Shown here: one piece after another, positions 37,466 to 45,793 of the stretch
Layout: every line of letters starts with the position of its first letter
Numbering within the stretch: the first letter of the stretch is position 1
Assembly (NCBI GenBank): GCA_035558955.1
Contig: DATMBX010000046.1
Location: 1 to 50,082, forward strand
DNA: 50,082 nucleotides
Origin: Solirubrobacterales bacterium
GTDB lineage: Bacteria > Actinomycetota > Thermoleophilia > Solirubrobacterales > 70-9
Reading direction: 5' to 3'
The notes under the pieces: generated by a model
The model's input: the letters and a program-made list of their open reading frames with translations, nothing else
Databases searched by the model: none
Told to the model about the DNA's origin: nothing
Made by a program: the position numbers and the translations under genes

Positions 37466-38251
37466 ATGCGCAAACGTCTGAGCTTGACCCTTGCCCTGGT
37501 GGTAGGTGTAGCCGGCGCGGTCGTCGCCTCGACCGCGCTCGCAAAGTGGGGCCCGACGGTTACCGGGTCCGATGGCAACACCCATGCGATCAACGTTCAG
37601 GTCGCTCCAAAGAAGCTTTCTAAATCCAAACCGACCCCCGCCACCCTGAAAGTGGCGACGAGAACGGGCACGACGACTGCCCCCAACGGCATCCCCTCTC
37701 CAGCCGTGAGGGCGGTGGTCGACTTCGACAGAAACCTGAAGCTGTTCACAAAAGGCCTGTCGACCTGCAGCGCCGACAGACTCCAGAACGTCTCGACCGA
37801 CGCTGCTATCGCGGCTTGCGGCAAAGCGAGAATCGGAAGCGGAGCCGCTACGGCCTTGCTCGCCGTCGGCGCCCAGGTCTTCACGCAGAACCAGACGATC
37901 ACGGCCTTCAACGGCGTGCCCCAGGGAGGCAAGCCCTCGGTCCTGCTGCATACCTACGGGACCTCCCCGGTCCAGGTGACGCTGGTGCTGAACGGCGTGA
38001 TCAGCAACTACAACAAACAGGGCTTCGGCCCGCGGCTGGACATCGACATCCCGCTTATCGCGGGCGGCACCGGAGCCCTGACGTCCTTCTCTGCCTCGAT
38101 CAACAGGAAGTTCAACTACAAAGGCAAGAAGCGCAGCTTCGTCACCGCGATGTGTAGAAAGTCGCCGCTGAGAGCCCGCGGCGCCTTCACCTTCAAAGAC
38201 GGGGTGACATTGACGTCGCCCTCGACCCACGCCTGTACAAAGAAGAAATAA
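37466..38251 (+). CDS. Secreted four-cysteine protein, paralogue 2
   Basis: The ATG at 37466 is preceded by GGAGGA. Signal peptide MRKRLSLTLALVVGVAGAVVASTALA. Family motifs VVDFDR, GLSTC, C..ARIGSG, AFNG, IAGGTG, YKGKKRSF..A.C, FTFKDGV and a C-terminal C. Confidence 0.7.
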   Translation: MRKRLSLTLALVVGVAGAVVASTALAKWGPTVTGSDGNTHAINVQVAPKKLSKSKPTPATLKVATRTGTTTAPNGIPSPAVRAVVDFDRNLKLFTKGLSTCSADRLQNVSTDAAIAACGKARIGSGAATALLAVGAQVFTQNQTITAFNGVPQGGKPSVLLHTYGTSPVQVTLVLNGVISNYNKQGFGPRLDIDIPLIAGGTGALTSFSASINRKFNYKGKKRSFVTAMCRKSPLRARGAFTFKDGVTLTSPSTHACTKKK

Positions 38252-38254
38252 CGC

Positions 38255-41200
38255 TCAGACGTTGACTTTGGGCATAGCCCGATCCAGGCGTCTGGGTAGC
38301 CACCAGACCCTGTTGCCCACGAGCAGCATCAGCGCCGGCAGGAGGACGATGCGGACGACCGTGGCGTCCAGCAGCACCGCGATGGTCAGCCCAACGCCGA
38401 GTTGGCTGACCGTCGCGATCGGCGCGCCCGCAAAGGCGACGAAGACGGCCATCATGATCGCCGCGGCGCCGGTGATCACCCGCGCGGTTTTCTCCAACCC
38501 GAACTCGATCGCGGCGGCGTTGTCTCCGTATTGATCGAAGTGCTCCCGCATCCGCACCAACAGGAAGACGGCGTAGTCGATCGAGAGGCCGAAGACGACG
38601 CCGAAGATCATCGTCGCGCCGACCGCATCCACGTATTCCCGCCCGCCCAACGGCCAACCCTCCGGCACGTAGCCGAGCAGGGTGAGGATGCCGAAGGCGA
38701 CGCCGACCGTGGCCAGGTTGAGGCCGACCGCGATCGCGGCAAGCGGCAGGGCGCGAAGGACGAGGACCAGAACGAGGAAGGTGGCCAGGGTGATAGCCGC
38801 GACGACAAGTGGGAATCGATCCCTGGCTACGCGGCTGTAGGTATTGAGAGTCGGCGGCCCGCCGGCGACGCCCGCTTCGACGCCCGCTTCCCGGCCCAGC
38901 GCCGCGGCGTCAGATTCGAGGCGTCTGTTCATCGCGATCGAACCGTCGGTGTTGAAGGTGTAGCGCGAGATCACAAGCAGGGTCGCCGCCTGGCCGCCGT
39001 TGTCGAGGTCGATCGCGCGGGTTGCTTGCTCACGCAGTGCCGGTGAGGCCCCGTCGAGGGCCGAGAGGACGAAGTAGCCTGAGTCGAAGAGGCCAGGCGT
39101 GGAGCGCCGGACGCGGTCGGTCTGCCGTGTCAGGTTGTCTCCGGTGGAGACGATGCGGACGGTGGCGCGTCGCAACCCGGACTGCAATGGGTAGGAGCGA
39201 ACGTAGGCCCGGGCCAGGTTCTCCTGAAGCGCGGAGGTCCCTTCGCCGAGCTGGGCGATCCCGCCGGCGAGGGCGGTGGCCGCCGTAGCGGCGCGCAGGA
39301 GCTGGTCGTTGAGGTCGCCGGACACCGCGGCGAATCTGGCGGCGCCGGCGGCCAGCCTTCTCCCCGCCGATTGGATCTGGTTGAGCCCGTCGGAGAGTTG
39401 TATCGCCGTCGAGGAAAGCCGGTTGAGGCTGCCGATCGCCGTTACCAGCCAGCCGGTGACCTGCTCGGCCTCCTCGGCATCGTCGCTGAGTCGCTCTTGG
39501 AGCGCCGTCAACTCCGCCGGCAGGCCGGCGTAGCCCTCCGCGTAAGGCTGGCCGGTGGCGGGGTTGGTTCCGCTGATCGCCGCCATGGCTTGGCGCACCG
39601 CGGTAAGAGCGGCATCGTAATTGGGATCGGTTTTGCCGACGGTCATGCCGTCCAGCTGTTGAAGGGCCGTTCTCAGCTGGGCTTCGGCATCCTGGGCGGG
39701 CGCGATCAGCTGTGGCAGCTTCGAATGAGCGTCCTGGTTGAGGGATTTCTGCAGATTGCGCGAGCGCCGCAGGGCGTTGTGTCTGAGATTGGGGATCAGG
39801 TCGCGAATGCCGATCTTGAGAACGAGCCCGCCAAGCGCGGCCCGTCGCTCGGCGGCGGCAAGCTGGCGGGTGACATCGGCAAAGCGATCGACGGCGGCAA
39901 CGGTGCGCCCGATGCCCTCTCCCGCATCGGAGAGGCCCTCGGCAAGCAGGACGGCGCCGTCTTCGGCCTGCCCGGTGCCGTCGTCCAGCAGCCCGGCGCC
40001 GGCAGCCGCCTGCGAAAGGCCGTTGCGAAGCAGAGCGACGCCACCAGTTATGCGACCCAGGACTCTGCCCAGCCTGCCGACGCCGGCCAGAGGGCCGCTT
40101 TCGCCTGAAGCGAGCAGCCCGTTGCCGAATCTGCGCAGCGGAGCGACCGCTCTCGAGACCTGACCGGGCCCGACAACTGCAAGGACGCCGGGATAGTCGG
40201 CGATCCGTCTCTGCCAGCGATCGAGGGCGTCGAGGCGATCCGAATCGGTGATCGCACCCTCGTCGGTGGCGGCGACGATCACGAAGGGAGCGTCGTAACC
40301 GGGGCCGATCGCGTCCGTGATCAGCTCGTAGTCCTTGCGAATGGGATCGTCTGTAGGAAGCTGGCCGGGGCTGAGCGGGCCGGTTCTGAGGGCCAGCGCG
40401 GGCGCGGCGAGGAAGAGCACCACGGCGCCGATCAATGCCGCGACAGGAGCGGGGCGGCGGAGGGCGGCGTGGACGACGGTCATCAGGCGAGAGCGACCGT
40501 TCGCCGCTGCGCCGATCCGCCAGCGATCCAGGTTCGGGCCGAGCAGAGTGAGGACGGCGGGCGCGGCGACGACCCCGACGACCACGCTGAGGGCGACGAC
40601 CAGCGCCACGGTCGCCGCCAATGACACGAGCAGGGCGCCCGGGACGACGAACATCGCCACGATCATCGAGAGCATCAGGGTGCTGCCGGCGAAAACCGTC
40701 GTGCGGCCGGCTGTGCCGCGCGTCGCGGCTGCGGCTGTGAGCGGATCGGCGCCGGCAGCCAATTCCTCGCGGAAGCGCGAGACCATCAGCAGCGCATAGT
40801 CGACGCCCAGCGCCAAGCCCATCATCGTGCAGACGGTGAGGGCGAAGGCATCGATGTCGAACCAGTTCGTCAGGATGACCAGCAGGCCGCGGGAGCTGAA
40901 CACCGTGATCGCACCGAAGGCAAGGGGGATCATTGCCGCGATCGGCGATCGGAAGACGAGCAGCAGGACGACCAGGAGGATCGGCAGCGCGATCAGCTCG
41001 GCGCGCTCGCTGGCGCTGATCGATTCGTCCTGTATCTGGCGAGATATCGTCGCGAAGCCGGTCTGGGTGGCGGTGACCGGCGGGTGGACCGTCTCCTCCA
41101 GGGTGCTGTTCAGGTAGGGAACCGTCTCCTTGACGGCCTCGGCGACCGGGACGTGGAAGTCGACGATGATCAGCGCTCGTCGGGGCCCTGGCCTCAAGCG

Positions 41201-41578
41201 GCCGACGGAGCCCCGATCCCACGGGGACAGCGTCGTCACGCGCGGGTTCTCACGGCGCAGGGTGCGGATCAGCTCCGGTCCTTGGCGATCGATCGCCGCC
41301 GCCGGTCCCTGCAGGAGAATCGGGAAGGTGGCGCTGTCGCCGAAGTGCTCTCGCAGCAGCTCGTTGGCGCGCGAGGCCGAGGTGCCGGAGATGTCCAGCG
41401 TGGTCGGGCTCAGTTTCTCGTCGAGGCCGAGCCCCAGAACGCCCAGGAAGACGACGACGATGCCGGACAGCACCAGGACCCGCCGCGGATGCCGCAACAT
41501 CGAGGAGTGGCGCCGCTCGCCGTCTTCGCCGGCACGCGCGCGCTCCTTCCCCTCCCTGCTCCTCCTCAGCGACGGCAC
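38255..41578 (-). CDS. MMPL-family (RND superfamily) membrane transporter with an enlarged second extracytoplasmic domain
   Basis: Two 6-TM bundles with MMPL signatures (GVDYALLMVSRFREE and GLSIDYAVFLLVRMREH) and the N-terminal motif LREHFGDS. The start is either 41578 or ATG 41500 (MLRHPRR). Confidence 0.85.
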   Translation of the reverse strand: MPSLRRSREGKERARAGEDGERRHSSMLRHPRRVLVLSGIVVVFLGVLGLGLDEKLSPTTLDISGTSASRANELLREHFGDSATFPILLQGPAAAIDRQGPELIRTLRRENPRVTTLSPWDRGSVGRLRPGPRRALIIVDFHVPVAEAVKETVPYLNSTLEETVHPPVTATQTGFATISRQIQDESISASERAELIALPILLVVLLLVFRSPIAAMIPLAFGAITVFSSRGLLVILTNWFDIDAFALTVCTMMGLALGVDYALLMVSRFREELAAGADPLTAAAATRGTAGRTTVFAGSTLMLSMIVAMFVVPGALLVSLAATVALVVALSVVVGVVAAPAVLTLLGPNLDRWRIGAAANGRSRLMTVVHAALRRPAPVAALIGAVVLFLAAPALALRTGPLSPGQLPTDDPIRKDYELITDAIGPGYDAPFVIVAATDEGAITDSDRLDALDRWQRRIADYPGVLAVVGPGQVSRAVAPLRRFGNGLLASGESGPLAGVGRLGRVLGRITGGVALLRNGLSQAAAGAGLLDDGTGQAEDGAVLLAEGLSDAGEGIGRTVAAVDRFADVTRQLAAAERRAALGGLVLKIGIRDLIPNLRHNALRRSRNLQKSLNQDAHSKLPQLIAPAQDAEAQLRTALQQLDGMTVGKTDPNYDAALTAVRQAMAAISGTNPATGQPYAEGYAGLPAELTALQERLSDDAEEAEQVTGWLVTAIGSLNRLSSTAIQLSDGLNQIQSAGRRLAAGAARFAAVSGDLNDQLLRAATAATALAGGIAQLGEGTSALQENLARAYVRSYPLQSGLRRATVRIVSTGDNLTRQTDRVRRSTPGLFDSGYFVLSALDGASPALREQATRAIDLDNGGQAATLLVISRYTFNTDGSIAMNRRLESDAAALGREAGVEAGVAGGPPTLNTYSRVARDRFPLVVAAITLATFLVLVLVLRALPLAAIAVGLNLATVGVAFGILTLLGYVPEGWPLGGREYVDAVGATMIFGVVFGLSIDYAVFLLVRMREHFDQYGDNAAAIEFGLEKTARVITGAAAIMMAVFVAFAGAPIATVSQLGVGLTIAVLLDATVVRIVLLPALMLLVGNRVWWLPRRLDRAMPKVNV

Positions 41579-41665
41579 GCGTGTAGTTTGGCGGTCAGCC
41601 GGACGGAGAGCGTTCGAAGATGTGGAAGGCTTTGTTAAGCCGTCCGCCGGGTGACGGCGTGGAGA

Positions 41666-42427
41666 CTAGCGCCGGATCGAGCAGGTTCTCGCAAAGGTGC
41701 CGCTGAGGCGGGTGCCGTCTCTGAAGGTGAACGTGCCGAATGCCTGCAGGCGACCGTTCTCGCAGCGGGCGTTGACGTAGCTCAGCTTCTTCCCTTTGTA
41801 GGTCCATCTGCGCTCGACTCTGATCGAGCCGGATTTCGGAATGCCGTAGCCGCCGGCGATTCTCGGGATCTCCGTCTCGACGCGATAGCCGTAGAGGCCT
41901 TTGCGGATTCTTCTGATCTCGATCGGGACGATGAAGGTCGTCGGACCACCCACCTCGAGATAGGCGTGGGCGAAGAGCGTCGGGTTGCCGCTCTTACGCG
42001 GGCCGTTGAAGAGGGTGATCGGCGAAGACGCCGGGATCGGGTTCTGGTCGGGGAACTTGACTATCGCCGTGCCGCGACCCTTGCCGACGATCGCGTCACG
42101 ACAGTTGGCTCGGGCGCGCGGGACGTCGGTCGCGATCAATCTTCCTCTCGTGCAGACCTGAAGCCCGCGCGTCTCGACGTGACCGTGCCGGTCGAAGTCG
42201 AAGATGATTCTGTGCAGAACCGGTGGCAACTCACCGGAGATGGTCGAGATTCTGCCGCCGCCGTGGATCTCGATCGGAGCGTCTCTGTCGCGAGGCAACG
42301 ACCTCGGGCTGAAGCCCCCGTCGCCGATGATCAGGATGTCGCCGGCCCGCAGCCGGAGGGCGCTCGCGGTGCCCACCAACGCGAACAGCGCCAGCAGCAC
42401 TCCCACCAAGATCGTCCCCTTGCGCAC
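41666..42427 (-). CDS. Secreted four-cysteine protein, paralogue 3
   Basis: The GTG start is preceded by GGAGGAGG. Signal peptide ...VGVLLALFALVGTASA. Family motifs IFDFDR, GLQVC, C.DAIVGKG, LFNG, IAGGYG, YKGKKLSY..A.C, FTFRDGT and a C-terminal C. It lies upstream of, and on the same strand as, the MMPL gene. Confidence 0.7.
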   Translation of the reverse strand: MRKGTILVGVLLALFALVGTASALRLRAGDILIIGDGGFSPRSLPRDRDAPIEIHGGGRISTISGELPPVLHRIIFDFDRHGHVETRGLQVCTRGRLIATDVPRARANCRDAIVGKGRGTAIVKFPDQNPIPASSPITLFNGPRKSGNPTLFAHAYLEVGGPTTFIVPIEIRRIRKGLYGYRVETEIPRIAGGYGIPKSGSIRVERRWTYKGKKLSYVNARCENGRLQAFGTFTFRDGTRLSGTFARTCSIRR

Positions 42428-42551
42428 AGCGATCCCCTCCTCCGCTTTGAACTACCTGGAGGCATGATAGGGCTCAGGCCAAGCAGGGGGTTAAGCGGGC
42501 AAGAAGCAGCCGGCCCATGGCACGCGGGGCGCTAGCCTGAGTCCCGGAGGA

Positions 42552-43331
42552 ATGAAGACGACGGCGACAAGCCTGCTGATGGCGATCGCGCTCTGCGCGA
42601 TCGCGGCGCTGCCGATCGCCGGGGCGAACGGCGCGCTGGTGCAGATCGGGGATCTGGTCCTGGAAGCGGACGGGGGGTTCACGCCGCAAAAGCTCCCGCG
42701 AAGGACGTTTGCCCCGATCGATTTCAAGGGCCACGCGGATCTCTCGACCCGAAGCGGCGCGATGCCGCCGGCGCTGCAACAGGCTGTGATCGACTTCGAC
42801 CGCGATGGGCGGATGAGCACGGGTGGGCTGCCAAGTTGCTCTCCCGATCGAGTCGCGGACGCAAGCCCGGAGGTGGCGCGGCAGGCCTGCGCCGCCGCGA
42901 TCGTCGGCACCGGGCGCATAGGGGCTGTGGTCGCCTTGGCGGGCCAACCTCCGGAAGCCACCGGCTCACTGCTGACACTGTTCAACGGGCCACCCCAAGA
43001 CGGCCACGCGACCGTCGTCGCTCATGCCCAGATCACCAACCCCGTACTGCGGACCTTCGCGATCCTTATCCCCGTCGAGCGCCGGCGCGGGCGCTTCCGC
43101 TACCGGGCGACGCTGAACGTCCCGCCGATCGTTCCCGAGGGCATCGGCACAGGCGCCCTCACTCACGTCGACGCCAAGATCGGCCGCCGCTATAGGGCCA
43201 ACGGCAAGCGCCGCAGCTACGTTTCCGCCCGCTGCAGCGACAACGTCCTCGAGACCCACGGCCGCTTCACCTTCAACGACGGCACCGTGATCGACGGCTC
43301 TGTGATGAAGGGCTGCTTCGCCCTGCGGTAG
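42552..43331 (+). CDS. Secreted four-cysteine protein, paralogue 4
   Basis: Signal peptide ...LLMAIALCAIAALPIAGANG. Family motifs VIDFDR, GLPSC, C.AAIVGTG, LFNG, GKRRSY..A.C, FTFNDGT and a C-terminal C. It is divergent from paralogue 3. Confidence 0.7.
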   Translation: MKTTATSLLMAIALCAIAALPIAGANGALVQIGDLVLEADGGFTPQKLPRRTFAPIDFKGHADLSTRSGAMPPALQQAVIDFDRDGRMSTGGLPSCSPDRVADASPEVARQACAAAIVGTGRIGAVVALAGQPPEATGSLLTLFNGPPQDGHATVVAHAQITNPVLRTFAILIPVERRRGRFRYRATLNVPPIVPEGIGTGALTHVDAKIGRRYRANGKRRSYVSARCSDNVLETHGRFTFNDGTVIDGSVMKGCFALR

Positions 43332-43362
43332 CCGGCGCCAGCTTTCTATAATTGTCGGCCTC

Positions 43363-43435
43363 GGGCCGTTAGCTCAGTTGGTAGAGCAGGAGACTCTTAA
43401 TCTCAAGGTCGAAGGTTCGAACCCTTCACGGCCCA
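43363..43435 (+). tRNA. tRNA-Lys (anticodon CTT)
   Basis: Cloverleaf read by hand: acceptor GGGCCGT/ACGGCCC, D-arm GCTC-AGTTGGTA-GAGC, anticodon loop CTCTTAA, T-arm GAAGG-TTCGAAC-CCTTC, discriminator A. CCA is not encoded. Confidence 0.9.
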
Positions 43436-43464
43436 TCGCAGCCGGGTTGCCGCCTCTTCGCGAT

Positions 43465-43506
43465 TAGACGATTAATCGTCTATACGAATAGACGTATGAT
43501 CGTCTA
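43465..43506. repeat. Two adjacent TAGACG-N6-CGTCTA inverted repeats in an AT-rich spacer (operator-like or bidirectional terminator-like)
   Basis: TAGACGATTAATCGTCTA (43465-43482) is an 18-bp perfect palindrome. TAGACGTATGATCGTCTA (43489-43506) has perfect 6-bp arms. The second repeat overlaps the stop codon of the 43504-44295 gene. Confidence 0.6.
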
Positions 43507-44295
43507 GGGCGTGGCCCCGGAGAGGCCGCCTAGGGGGTTCTGGAGTTGCTCTTTGCCCTGGCCTCTGTTGAATCTGGCGAGCAGGGCCTGCTGTCTCTGG
43601 AATCTCTTCGCCTGTCTGCGAATGTCGGCCAGTTGGCTCTCGACGCTTTTGCGCTGGGCTCTGGAGGTGGCGAGGGCCGCCGCCTGCTTGGCGACCTTGT
43701 CGCCCTCCGCGAACTTGAAGGCGTAGTAGTCGTAGATCGCCAGGGTGCTGACGGTGCCGAGGTTGGGGCGGGAGTCGGCGACGATCTGCTGGGCCTCGGC
43801 CGCGGCTCTCACATCGGCCTCAACCTCGGCGCCGGTCGTCGCCGTCTGGGCGAGGCTGAACAGCGCGGTCGCCGCCAGCTGGGCGCCCGATGGGCTGGGC
43901 TCCTCGGCCGCCCGCAGGTAGCGGTCCCAGGCGTCCGCGGCCTGCAGGTACTCCTGGCGCGCCTCCGGGGTGACGGTCGCCTGGCCGGTCGCCGGGTCGA
44001 TCTCCGAAAGGGAGTTGCCGGCGCTGATCCGCGTCCGGGTGAGGGCGAGGAGCAGCGCCTCGTCGTTGGGATTTCTCCTCAACTTGCGCTCGATCGCGGC
44101 CGCTTGGTCGTCGAGCGCGTCGGCGGCGCTCTCGGCGGCGTCCTGCTGGGAGAAGAGATCGCCGACGCTGAACGGCCCGACGACGAGCAGGAGGCTGGCC
44201 GCCATGATCAGCGCGAGCAAGCCGTAGACGACCTGGACGACGCGTTTGCGCCGGCCGCTGGTGTCGAAGACCATCCGACGCTCGCCATCTGCCAT
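43504..44295 (-). CDS. Membrane-anchored helical protein, unknown function (last gene of the tatA-tatC string)
   Basis: N-terminal TM helix (VVQVVYGLLALIMAASLLLVV) followed by an Ala/Glu/Gln-rich helical domain. It starts 8 nt after the tatC stop, on the same strand. Confidence 0.55.
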   Translation of the reverse strand: MADGERRMVFDTSGRRKRVVQVVYGLLALIMAASLLLVVGPFSVGDLFSQQDAAESAADALDDQAAAIERKLRRNPNDEALLLALTRTRISAGNSLSEIDPATGQATVTPEARQEYLQAADAWDRYLRAAEEPSPSGAQLAATALFSLAQTATTGAEVEADVRAAAEAQQIVADSRPNLGTVSTLAIYDYYAFKFAEGDKVAKQAAALATSRAQRKSVESQLADIRRQAKRFQRQQALLARFNRGQGKEQLQNPLGGLSGATP

Positions 44296-44302
44296 CCCTA
44301 AA

Positions 44303-45076
44303 TCAGCGCTCCTGAGTCGAGGGCTCCGCGATTCCTCCCGCCGCCTTCGGCGATCCGAAGGCGCGAGCGAGCAAGATACTCAACTCGTAGAGGACGAGCA
44401 GGGGGACCATCTCGATCAGCATCGTGACCGGGTCGATGCCGGGGAGCATCGCGGCCAGCACCGCGATCGCCAGGTAGGCGTAGCGGCGATTGGCGGTGAG
44501 CTGGGCGACCGAGACGATGCCGAGACGGGTGACGGCGAGGATCGCCAGCGGCAGCTGGAAGACGACGCCCCCGGCGAGCAGGGTCATGGCGAAGAAGCCG
44601 TAGTAGTCGCGAGCGCGAACCTGGACGTTGAACTGGCTGTCGTTGAAGTTGAGCAGGAAGTTGACCGCCGCCGGCATGACGATGAAGTAGGCGAAGGCGA
44701 CGCCGGCGAGGAAGAGGACCGGGGCCATCAGCAAGATCGGCATGATCACCCGGCGCTCGGAGGCGCTGAAGGCGGGCAGGACGTAGGCATACGCCTGGTA
44801 GAGGAGGATCGGCAGGGAGAGGATCAGCGCGCCGTAGACCGCGACCGTCAGGGTCGTGGTGAAGGGCTCGGTGACGCCGAAGGTGAGCAACTCCTCGTGA
44901 TCGGATGGAAGTGGGCCGGAGGCGATCTCCAGCAGCAGGTGGTTCTGCCAGAGGCAGAAGGCGAGGGCGACGACGAGGACCGCGATCGAGACGAGGATCC
45001 GGTTGCGAAGCTCGTCGAGGTGCTCTACGAGGGTGAGGCGATCCTCATGGGAGACCGCCTTGAGACGGCGGGCCAT
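44303..45076 (-). CDS. tatC: Twin-arginine translocase subunit TatC
   Basis: LTLVEHLDELRNRIL at the N-terminus and a six-TM pattern (...FTTTLTVA..., LPAFSASERR, FLAGVAFAYF, LIEMVPLLVLYELSI). Confidence 0.9.
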   Translation of the reverse strand: MARRLKAVSHEDRLTLVEHLDELRNRILVSIAVLVVALAFCLWQNHLLLEIASGPLPSDHEELLTFGVTEPFTTTLTVAVYGALILSLPILLYQAYAYVLPAFSASERRVIMPILLMAPVLFLAGVAFAYFIVMPAAVNFLLNFNDSQFNVQVRARDYYGFFAMTLLAGGVVFQLPLAILAVTRLGIVSVAQLTANRRYAYLAIAVLAAMLPGIDPVTMLIEMVPLLVLYELSILLARAFGSPKAAGGIAEPSTQER

Positions 45077-45084
45077 TCCGCGCC

Positions 45085-45327
45085 TCAGGTCCGCTTGTGG
45101 CCGACCGTCTCGCCTTTGCCGGCCCGGTCGTCCGCTTCGTCGCCGGCGCCGATCTCCTGCGGGGGCTGCTTTTCCTCGTCGTCGTGACGGCCGGAGATGG
45201 AGCCGCGGAACTCACGGATCCCTTTGCCCAGGGAGCGGCCCAACTCGGGCAGGCGCTTCGGCCCGAACACCACGAGGGCGATGATCAGGACGATGACGAT
45301 CTCCAGGGGACCGATGTTTCCGGGCAT
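45085..45327 (-). CDS. tatA: Twin-arginine translocase subunit TatA/E
   Basis: GPLEIVIVLIIALVVFGPKRLPELGRSLGKGIREFR is the canonical TatA TM segment plus amphipathic helix. Confidence 0.9.
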   Translation of the reverse strand: MPGNIGPLEIVIVLIIALVVFGPKRLPELGRSLGKGIREFRGSISGRHDDEEKQPPQEIGAGDEADDRAGKGETVGHKRT

Positions 45328-45373
45328 CGACCCATGGTAACGGTCGCGGGGCGCCTACCCGGTTCTGGGATTT

Positions 45374-45399
45374 TTCGGAAATCTTCGGATTACTGCGGA
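45374..45399. promoter_or_regulatory. Three helically phased hexamer repeats in the tatA / zinc-ribbon-gene divergent intergenic region
   Basis: TTCGGA (45374-45379), TTCGGA (45384-45389) and TGCGGA (45394-45399) are spaced exactly 10 bp apart in a low-GC stretch. Confidence 0.3.
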
Positions 45400-45434
45400 T
45401 GGAGTGGCCCTCTCGTGGGTTCGATAAGTGAGCC

Positions 45435-45764
45435 ATGCGACAAGCTCACAACCAGACCGAGACCTCCACCGGGCTGCATGTGTGCCCGGAGTGCAGATCG
45501 CGGCTGGTGCAGCCGACGCGCTGGGAGCAGACGGCGGAGCGGAACCACTGGCGCTTGTGGCGGCGATGCCCCGAGTGCGGCTGGAAATGCGACGGCGTCT
45601 ACGGCGAGCGCGAGATCGACGACTTCGACGAGGAACTGGACCTCGGCACGCAGGCGATTGCCGACGTCCTCAAAGCACTCGAGCGGGAGAGCATGCAGAA
45701 CGTGGTCGAGTCATTTGCCATGGCGCTGCAGGCCGACCTGATCGGCGCCGACGACTTCTCATAA
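45435..45764 (+). CDS. Small zinc-ribbon protein (two CPEC motifs), unknown function
   Basis: 109 aa, with CPEC-x26-CPEC followed by an acidic helical tail and reasonable GC3. Confidence 0.5.
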   Translation: MRQAHNQTETSTGLHVCPECRSRLVQPTRWEQTAERNHWRLWRRCPECGWKCDGVYGEREIDDFDEELDLGTQAIADVLKALERESMQNVVESFAMALQADLIGADDFS

Positions 45765-45793
45765 ATTCCGCCGATGTGCCCGCCATATGCGGG

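Noticed and set aside
43332-43510. Genomic-island interpretation of the tRNA-Lys flank (integrase, att repeats) and, likewise, of the tRNA-Arg flank at 4948-5021
   Set aside because: There is no integrase, transposase or phage gene anywhere in the window. I saw no direct repeat of a tRNA 3' end. The Mce/MMPL block has the same GC-rich composition as the housekeeping genes. It is kept only as a minor alternative under the palindrome finding.
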